From Fibrobacteria bacterium (lineage in GTDB: Bacteria > Fibrobacterota > Fibrobacteria > UBA11236 > JADFYW01), in contig JBNKOC010000018.1 of assembly GCA_050294405.1 (NCBI GenBank), forward strand, positions 1 to 22,346: DNA of 22,346 nucleotides. Direction: 5' to 3'. A program made the translations under genes and the position numbers. Positions 8,791 to 15,800 of this stretch are shown in pieces. How positions within the stretch are numbered: position 1 is the stretch's first letter; each line of letters opens with the position of its first letter. The notes under the pieces were generated by a model that was given only the letters and a program-made list of their open reading frames with translations, had not been told where the DNA came from and searched no databases.

Positions 8791-10181
8791 AATTTAAGTT
8801 CCATTTCATTTCTAAGCTTTTCAATATGCCCCGGTCGATGTAAAATATTCATAATTTCGAAGGGAATCAGAGCTCCCTTGGTATCGGCAATATGCACGCA
8901 GGACTTTTTTAAGGAACGGACGTTTAAATTCCATACATCCATAAATTCCAGAATAATTATGCGGAATACATTTTCGTATTTAATATTTGGTGCGGATATG
9001 CCAGGTAAACAGCAAAGCAGATGTTTTAATTTGGAGAAGGCCGTTTCAGGGCTATTGGCGGTGCTATAGAGGCCAAAAATTTGTTCTTTAAGTTTTTTAT
9101 CCGTTTCAAAAACAATAGTGTTTTTTGCTCCTTGGGCTAATTCGACGGGATCTACATAACGGGTTAGGGGTTGGATACCGGTTTTTGTTTTAAGGCCATA
9201 GGCCATGGCGATGTGGTCTGGATTACAGGGAACGGGAATAACATCGTTTTGTTGTAACCAGTCGCATTGAGAAATCAAGTTTTGCCGGACTTCGGATAAT
9301 GGAAAGCGGTTTTTATCCGGGTTGTTTTGACTGATTCTGCCAGCCATTTGTTTTGGCTGAAAAGTGACTCCTCTCACACAGGGTTGTTTTAACGCAAAAT
9401 CAATAATTTGTCCTAACTCTCCATCGTTAAGCCCTCTTTGCAGTGTGACTACCAAAGTGGTGGATAGGTTTAATTCATTGAGATGCCGCAGCGCCTTTAA
9501 TCTGGATTCTAATAAATTTTCGCCACGCAAAGCGGCAATATTTTCAGGAGATAGGGAGTCGAATTGCAAGTAAACTTCAAAGCCAGGCATGTAATTGGCC
9601 AATTTTTTGGCAAAGTTCTTGTCGTTGGCGATTCGAACTCCATTAGTATTTAACATTAAATGCCGAATGGGTCGTGATTTAGCTCTGTCTAATATTTCAA
9701 AAAAGTGGGGGTGTATAGTAGGCTCGCCGCCACTGATTTGCACAATATCGGGTTCTTTTTCGTTGGCAACAATTTGGTCGAACATTTTATCTATTTGTTC
9801 TAAACTTCTGTGATAACCTACATCGGGTCCAGAGGCAGCATAACAAGTGGGACAATTCAAATTGCACCTGTCTGTAATTTCCAATACGCTTAAGCAAGAA
9901 TGTTGTTCGTGGTCGGGACATAGTCCGCAGTCGTAAGGACAATTGTATTTGATTTCGGTATTAAATTGATAGGGGATTTCAGCAGGCTTGGTTAGACTGC
10001 GGCATAACTTATAATACTCCAAATCATCGGAAATTAGTGTTTTGAAATGACCGTGTTCGCTACAGTTTTTAATGAGGTAAATATTATTTTTTTGCAAAAT
10101 AATTTTGGCCTCAATTTGTAACAAACAAATGGGGCAGAGGCTTTTGGTTATTTCCAAAAAGGCGTAGTCACGAACGGGCAT
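8787..10181 (-). CDS. Radical SAM protein of the Tes/GDGT-MAS (MJ0619-like) family
   Basis: N-terminal SLCPIC...C.EHG metal site, CPYDCGLCPDHEQHSC auxiliary-cluster motif, CNLNCPTC SAM-cluster motif, SGGEP, LNTNG, YLQFD, and C-terminal FMD.WN...KKSCVH...G.LIPF. Confidence 0.9.
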   Translation of the reverse strand: MPVRDYAFLEITKSLCPICLLQIEAKIILQKNNIYLIKNCSEHGHFKTLISDDLEYYKLCRSLTKPAEIPYQFNTEIKYNCPYDCGLCPDHEQHSCLSVLEITDRCNLNCPTCYAASGPDVGYHRSLEQIDKMFDQIVANEKEPDIVQISGGEPTIHPHFFEILDRAKSRPIRHLMLNTNGVRIANDKNFAKKLANYMPGFEVYLQFDSLSPENIAALRGENLLESRLKALRHLNELNLSTTLVVTLQRGLNDGELGQIIDFALKQPCVRGVTFQPKQMAGRISQNNPDKNRFPLSEVRQNLISQCDWLQQNDVIPVPCNPDHIAMAYGLKTKTGIQPLTRYVDPVELAQGAKNTIVFETDKKLKEQIFGLYSTANSPETAFSKLKHLLCCLPGISAPNIKYENVFRIIILEFMDVWNLNVRSLKKSCVHIADTKGALIPFEIMNILHRPGHIEKLRNEMELKL

Positions 10182-10929
10182 GTTTATCTCTGAACAAGTT
10201 TACAGATAAGATAAATACTTTTAAGTAATAAGCAAGTCCAAAAATGCAGGCCCATTGAATGGCTGATAGATTTAGCGCAACCTTTGAAACGGGTTTAATA
10301 AATTCAATAAATAACCTGAAAAGCAAATAAGCGCTTAAAAAACATTTGAATAAATTTCCATTTTTAAGCTTGTGCCTAAAAAAATATAAAAACCAGCCAA
10401 GACAAAATAAAAACAAGACTTCATATAGCTGAGTCGGATGCCTTAAAACTCCATCACCCATGTTGAGGGCCCAAGGAAGAGTACTTTGAGTTCCATGGGT
10501 ACCGTCGAAAACTCCCGCAGAAAAACATCCAATGCGTCCAACTATAATACTGGTAATTAATGGAAAAACATATAGGTCTCCAGTGGATTCTTTAATATTC
10601 GCTAGCTTTTTAAATAATTCCACGGATATTAGTCCCCCTAGCAAGCCTCCCACAATTGTCTTTGATCTAAAGAGATTGTGAATTTCTATGTTAGATAAAC
10701 TGGAGGCAGTAAATATGCCTTCCGCTATTCCAATAAGTTTTGATCCGATAATGGCGCCCAACACAGCATAAAAAATCAAACGGATTCTTTGTCTTTTGGA
10801 GAAATGGTCCCAGGATTTTTTTCGTAAATATCTGAAATAAAACAGGCCAACCATATGGGCCATAATTTCAAAGAAAACATGCCCGTTTATTTTTAGGCCA
10901 ACTATTTTTAGGTAGAGCGGAAATTCCAT
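10168..10929 (-). CDS. Divergent prolipoprotein diacylglyceryl transferase (Lgt)-family membrane protein
   Basis: About 7 hydrophobic segments; GRIGCF..G, LPW, RHPTQLYE and Y..FR..IEF motifs. Lacks the canonical WYG and HGG motifs. Confidence 0.88.
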   Translation of the reverse strand: MEFPLYLKIVGLKINGHVFFEIMAHMVGLFYFRYLRKKSWDHFSKRQRIRLIFYAVLGAIIGSKLIGIAEGIFTASSLSNIEIHNLFRSKTIVGGLLGGLISVELFKKLANIKESTGDLYVFPLITSIIVGRIGCFSAGVFDGTHGTQSTLPWALNMGDGVLRHPTQLYEVLFLFCLGWFLYFFRHKLKNGNLFKCFLSAYLLFRLFIEFIKPVSKVALNLSAIQWACIFGLAYYLKVFILSVNLFRDKHARS

Positions 10930-10993
10930 ATTTTTGCAAATAAAAAATAATTGAAAATTGGAAGCGATTGAAATTTCTCTTTAAAAAATATGC

Positions 10994-11023
10994 AAAAAAA
11001 GGGAAGAACTTAATCTTCCCTTT
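10994..11023 (-). terminator. Intrinsic terminator after the esterase gene
   Basis: Minus strand AAAGGGAAGA-TTAAGT-TCTTCCC-TTTTTTT. Confidence 0.8.
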
Positions 11024-11043
11024 CTATAAAATTTCTGCAGCTG

Positions 11044-12096
11044 TTATTTTGTTTGTTTAATAGCCGATCTTTGAATTCCATTAAGGGGGATAGAATTTCT
11101 TCGACCAGTAATGGAATAAAATTGACCTTGTTGTTGGCCAGGTAAAATAACCTGAATACCGGATTTTGTTACTCTTAAACCTGGAATATCTACGCTGATT
11201 TCGTTTCTTTCCGAAGGTAACTGCACAAAAGTGGTTGTGTCTTCTACTTCCATGTTGGTGAAAATCCGCTGAGCAAAATTATGAAGTTGAATGTTCCAGT
11301 TTTGAAGTTCATGGCCCAAACCGGGTTCAACTTGTAGGATTAAATTTTCCACTCCATTTTGATCCAGGTAATTGTGGTAAGCCCTGGCAGTGCTTAAAAA
11401 TGGATTTTCCTCGTTGGTTCCTGCTGCAAGGAAGTTAAAATGAATGTTTTCTTTTACAGCATCAATGTCCTGAATCGTTTGGCCCGCAGATATTGTATTT
11501 GGGGCAGGGGAGAAAGCGCCAATCCAGGTGAAAAAGTCGGGGTTTTTATATCCAAAATTTAAGGTTTGGCCAGCACCCATGGAAAGCCCGGCAATAGCCC
11601 GGTGATTGGGATTCCCGGAAGCGTTGTAATTCTCTTCCACGTAGGGGACCAAATCATTTTTCAAAACATCTTCAAAATTTTGCCAAGTGTCACCACTTGT
11701 ATTTTCCATATTTCCCATGGGCATTACCACAATCATGGGTGTTACATTTAAGTCTTCCTGTGCGTATAAAAAGTCCATGACTCTATCCGCATTTCCCTCT
11801 TGAAAACCAGGTTGAGATGAAGTCCAGGCACTTTCGTTTCCTCCAATCCCGTGATGTAAATACAATACCGGGTATTTTTGTTCCCGGTTTTCATCGTAAC
11901 CTGGAGGAGTATAAATGCGACAGGGGCGGTTGCCATAGTTGCGTGTGGGGTAATTAATAACATTGCTTAGCTCCCCGTGCGGTATGTTATTGTTTGCAGA
12001 AGAAAATCCATTTGGCGGCTTTGGCCAAGTCACTTCTTCTGCGTTTATACAAAGTGCGCTGAGCACCAAGGCTCCAGCTAATATTGATTTAATCAT
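11044..12096 (-). CDS. Secreted alpha/beta-hydrolase, CE1-type (feruloyl/acetyl-xylan esterase-like)
   Basis: Signal peptide; IYTPPGY...KYPVLYLHHGIGG, nucleophile GLSMG, GAFSPAP and catalytic His (GHE). Basic C-terminal tail (FYSITGRR); RBS GGAGGG. Confidence 0.9.
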   Translation of the reverse strand: MIKSILAGALVLSALCINAEEVTWPKPPNGFSSANNNIPHGELSNVINYPTRNYGNRPCRIYTPPGYDENREQKYPVLYLHHGIGGNESAWTSSQPGFQEGNADRVMDFLYAQEDLNVTPMIVVMPMGNMENTSGDTWQNFEDVLKNDLVPYVEENYNASGNPNHRAIAGLSMGAGQTLNFGYKNPDFFTWIGAFSPAPNTISAGQTIQDIDAVKENIHFNFLAAGTNEENPFLSTARAYHNYLDQNGVENLILQVEPGLGHELQNWNIQLHNFAQRIFTNMEVEDTTTFVQLPSERNEISVDIPGLRVTKSGIQVILPGQQQGQFYSITGRRNSIPLNGIQRSAIKQTK

Positions 12097-12407
12097 AATG
12101 GTTTCCCTCCATGCTTCCTCATTAGGTCGGAAAAATGATATTAAAATTTTATAAATGACTTAGGAAATAAATGCCATTACCCTGTTTTCTAAAAAAACAG
12201 CTTTTTGAACAAATAAAACCCCTGTGCATACAAATATAGGTGGCGCCGGGGAGAAGTCAACTTAATTATAACTAATAAAATTTACCTAAAATTGCTTAAA
12301 TTTTCCTAAAAAGGCCTTTTTTCACTAAAAACACTTCTCTTAAATCTTAAAAAAGGACTAATCAGGTCCTCATCTAGTGTAACTATGGGGCATAGCAATT
12401 AGCCAAC

Positions 12408-13280
12408 TTAACTTGTGGGCTGGAGCGTCTTTCGCAAGGCTTGGGGCGAAGAACCAAATTTTTCTTTAAAAGCGCGGCTAAAATGAGAACTGTTTTCAAA
12501 CCCGGAATCAAATGCAATTTCGGTTATACTTTTATTTAAATCATTTAACATGGTAAAAGCATAATCCAACCTTTTTTCCACCAACCATTTACCCGGTGTT
12601 GTATTGTAATGGCTGAAAAAATCCCGTTTAAATTTGGAAAGACTGCGATGGCTGAGTTTTGCGAAATCTTCCATACTTAAATTAAAACAAAAATTATTTT
12701 CCATGATATGGGTTAGGGAGGGGGAGTTGCTGCGGGTAAGGCTATGTAAGTATTCTCTCATCCAAGGATCTTCGCAGTGGTGCAGTAAGTTTAATAACAG
12801 TTCTTTTATTTTTAACTTGATGATAGTATCAGGAGGTTGTTTGGAAGAACGGAAATATTGCAACATGGAATCGAAAAATAAATTCAGATATTCCATATTT
12901 TTAAGCCGGGCCGCAGAAAAATCCTGGATGTTGATTTTTGAGCTAGTCTGCGGGGGAATGGACAATTCATTTAGGGCTTCTTTAATCAATCCATCAGGCA
13001 TAAAAAATCCCAACATGCAAAAATCATCTTCAAAACTTTGAGTGACAATAGCAGCCCCCTTTTTTACAAAAAGAGTTTGTCCCGCTTCCATAGTCCACAC
13101 CCCGTGAATAGTCTTCCAGGTTTTTTTCCCACTCAAAACGTGAATCAAATAATCCGTATGGGCGAAGACACCTAAATGCTCGTCTTTGAGAGGACATGTA
13201 TATTCCACGCATACTAATTCATTTATTATGAATTGATTAAAATGGAGGCTTTCTTTTACAGCGTCGTATAGGTTTCTCAT
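12408..13280 (-). CDS. AraC-family transcriptional regulator
   Basis: N-terminal cupin-like sensor; C-terminal double HTH (FAKLSHRSLSKFKRDF...SITEIAFDSGFENSSHFSRAFKEKFG). Confidence 0.95.
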   Translation of the reverse strand: MRNLYDAVKESLHFNQFIINELVCVEYTCPLKDEHLGVFAHTDYLIHVLSGKKTWKTIHGVWTMEAGQTLFVKKGAAIVTQSFEDDFCMLGFFMPDGLIKEALNELSIPPQTSSKINIQDFSAARLKNMEYLNLFFDSMLQYFRSSKQPPDTIIKLKIKELLLNLLHHCEDPWMREYLHSLTRSNSPSLTHIMENNFCFNLSMEDFAKLSHRSLSKFKRDFFSHYNTTPGKWLVEKRLDYAFTMLNDLNKSITEIAFDSGFENSSHFSRAFKEKFGSSPQALRKTLQPTS

Positions 13281-13371
13281 TTAATACAAAGCCCTTCATT
13301 CAATTAAAAACCGGAGAAGAATTTAATGTAGAAAAATGAAGGGCCTTATACTGATCTATTTGGGACTGAAT

Positions 13372-14490
13372 TCAGCCTTCCAATATGGAATTACCTGTAA
13401 ATAGGTACTGTTCCCATTTAGGTAACGGATGGAAAGGGGATGCCTGAACATCTCTAAACAGGCGCTCTAATCCTTTAGAACGATAAAAGCTTTGTCCTCC
13501 GATGCACTCCATAGCTTGAGCCACAACGGATTTACAATCTTCGGAGATGTTGGTTTTATAACTCAATACTTTATTCACTAATCCCGCATTTGGCTTAAAT
13601 TCAAATCCATTTGCTAAATTTTTAAGAGCTTGCCACTGGGTTTGGGCAGAAAGCAGACTGTTGTTCATCTTGCCCAGCATAAATGGAAATTGTCGTGAGT
13701 TTCGTGAATATTTTTTTCCAATGTTAAGCGCTATTTCAAAAGCTTTTTCTGCTATACCCACATATGCTGACATTATTAAGGGTAAGGCAACCGTGAGCAC
13801 GACTCCCCATACGGGATGAAATTCATCTTTGGGGCGGCTTAAGGCGATGGCGGAATCGGGAACAAATACTCTATCAAAATGTATAGATTGTGAACCAGTG
13901 GCTCGCATTCCCATAACATCCCAATCTTCGGCAATGCTTACTCCAGTGGCGTTGAGAGGGACTGGAAAATGCAATACTTTCCATTCATTATCCTTGTCCA
14001 GGTAAGGGCAACTGGTGATAGCGATATTTCCGGCAGGGGCTTGGCTTGCAAAACTTTTTTTTGCGCTAAAAAGATAGCCGCCCTCTACTTTTACCATTTC
14101 TCCATTAGAGCCAAGCCAATCCCTTGCACCCGTGCTCACTAAGACCAGTTGATTTAGGGAAACCTGCTTTAAAAGCTCAGCACCTTGGCCCTGGTTTTGG
14201 TATTTCCAAACAGAGGCGGCAACTAAATGTTGGTGCATGGAAAATGCCAGCGCGGTGGAACTGCAGTAGTGGGCAAATGTTTTAATTACATCGCACATTT
14301 CATCGTGACTTAAGCCTCCTCCACCAAGCTCAAGGGGGATGGCAGCCGAAAAAAATTGATGTTCTTTTAAATCCTGGTAATTTTCAAAGACAAATTGGCC
14401 ATCACGGTCTTTTTGCTCCGCTCTGGATGCGAAAGTTTTCCCTAACTCATGGGCGATATCGATAAAATTTGAGGTTTGTTGATCTATCAT
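13372..14490 (-). CDS. Acyl-CoA dehydrogenase-fold flavoprotein (monooxygenase-like subgroup)
   Basis: IPLELGGGG, STALAFSMH, K.FAS, DW..MGMRATGS...FD.VFVP, GG.SF...LERLFRDVQA..FHP. Confidence 0.88.
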   Translation of the reverse strand: MIDQQTSNFIDIAHELGKTFASRAEQKDRDGQFVFENYQDLKEHQFFSAAIPLELGGGGLSHDEMCDVIKTFAHYCSSTALAFSMHQHLVAASVWKYQNQGQGAELLKQVSLNQLVLVSTGARDWLGSNGEMVKVEGGYLFSAKKSFASQAPAGNIAITSCPYLDKDNEWKVLHFPVPLNATGVSIAEDWDVMGMRATGSQSIHFDRVFVPDSAIALSRPKDEFHPVWGVVLTVALPLIMSAYVGIAEKAFEIALNIGKKYSRNSRQFPFMLGKMNNSLLSAQTQWQALKNLANGFEFKPNAGLVNKVLSYKTNISEDCKSVVAQAMECIGGQSFYRSKGLERLFRDVQASPFHPLPKWEQYLFTGNSILEG

Positions 14491-14514
14491 TTTTGAACTC
14501 CTTTTTTTTGATAA

Positions 14515-14542
14515 AAATATACCCCTCCCGGATGGAAGGGGC
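14515..14542 (-). terminator. Hairpin/possible terminator downstream of fadA
   Basis: Minus strand GCCCCTTCC-ATCC-GGGAGGGGT then ATATTTTT (imperfect U-tract). Confidence 0.5.
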
Positions 14543-14580
14543 TTTTCTCAAAAGTTCAAAAATTTGACTGAGAGGGCTTT

Positions 14581-15759
14581 TTAGAGCAATTCGAAAATTC
14601 CCGCTGCTCCCATACCGCCGCCAATACACATGGACACCATGCCGAATTTGTTATTTCTGCGGCGCATTTCATGGAGCAATTGAACTGTCAATTTAGTACC
14701 GGTGCATCCCAAAGGGTGGCCAAGAGCTATGGCTCCGCCATTAACATTTACCTTATCGGGCGATAAGTTTAGCTCATTTAAAACAGCCAGGGTTTGGGAG
14801 GCAAAGGCCTCGTTGATTTCAAACAATTCGATATCTTCAAGTTTCATCCCAGCTGCTTTTAGCGCTTTGGGTATGGCGTAGGCAGGTCCAATACCCATAA
14901 TTTCCGGAGGAACTCCGGCAACGGAAAATTGAATTAATTTAGCAATAGGCTTCAGACCTTTTTCCTTGGCGTAACTTTCTGATGTTATCAAGGTCATGGC
15001 TGCGCCGTCACTGGTTTGAGAGCTGTTTCCTGCGGTAACGGTTCCATTCATTTTAAACACAGGCTTTAATTTGGTTAGGGCTTCCACAGTGGTATCTGCA
15101 CGGGGCCCTTCATCGGTTTTAAAACTCTTTTGGATTGTTTGTTCCTTATTGTTGGCGTCCAGCGTGGTTTCTTCATATACATAGGGCATGATTTCTTCCT
15201 CAAATAGCCCGGATTCAATGGCCTTTATGGCCCGCATGTGGGAGTTGTAGGAATATTCGTCCTGGGATTCCCGGGATATGTTATACTTCTCCGCCACTCT
15301 TTCGGCGGTAAGGCCCATAGTCATATAGGATTCCGGGCGGCGTTTCACCAGGCGGGGGTTAGGGGCTATTTTGACTCCTCCCATGGGCAAGAGGCTCATG
15401 CTTTCCATACCGCCAGCTAAAAACGCTTGACCCTGTCCGAGTCTGACTCGGTCCACCGCCAAAGAAATAGATTGCAGGCCAGAAGAACAATAGCGGTTAA
15501 TAGTCATGCCACATACGGAATCGGGGAGGCCGGATTCCAATACCACCATTCGCGCCGCATTCATGCCTTGTTCCCCTTCGGGCATGGCGCAACCCAAAAT
15601 TAAATCTTCCACATCATCGGGAGAAACCTGGCCCGCCCTTTTGAGAGCCTCGTTCACGCAATCAGCAGCCATGGATTCCGGGCGCGCTGTTGCAAGGCTG
15701 CCTCTTCCAGCTTTGCCGACGGCTGTTCTCACTGCGGAGACAATAACTGCCTCTTCCAT
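14581..15759 (-). CDS. fadA: Acetyl-CoA C-acyltransferase (3-ketoacyl-CoA thiolase)
   Basis: NRYCSSG active Cys, NEAF, GGAIALGHPLG and CIGGG; RBS AGGAGG. Confidence 0.95.
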   Translation of the reverse strand: MEEAVIVSAVRTAVGKAGRGSLATARPESMAADCVNEALKRAGQVSPDDVEDLILGCAMPEGEQGMNAARMVVLESGLPDSVCGMTINRYCSSGLQSISLAVDRVRLGQGQAFLAGGMESMSLLPMGGVKIAPNPRLVKRRPESYMTMGLTAERVAEKYNISRESQDEYSYNSHMRAIKAIESGLFEEEIMPYVYEETTLDANNKEQTIQKSFKTDEGPRADTTVEALTKLKPVFKMNGTVTAGNSSQTSDGAAMTLITSESYAKEKGLKPIAKLIQFSVAGVPPEIMGIGPAYAIPKALKAAGMKLEDIELFEINEAFASQTLAVLNELNLSPDKVNVNGGAIALGHPLGCTGTKLTVQLLHEMRRRNNKFGMVSMCIGGGMGAAGIFELL

Positions 15760-15800
15760 ATATCCTCCTAATGGTCCTTTAAAATTGACATGTTATTATT

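Noticed and set aside
10930..10993. Search for a small precursor/lipopeptide ORF upstream of the lgt-like gene (RiPP hypothesis)
   Set aside because: Only ~60 AT-rich bp between the terminator and the start; no credible ORF.
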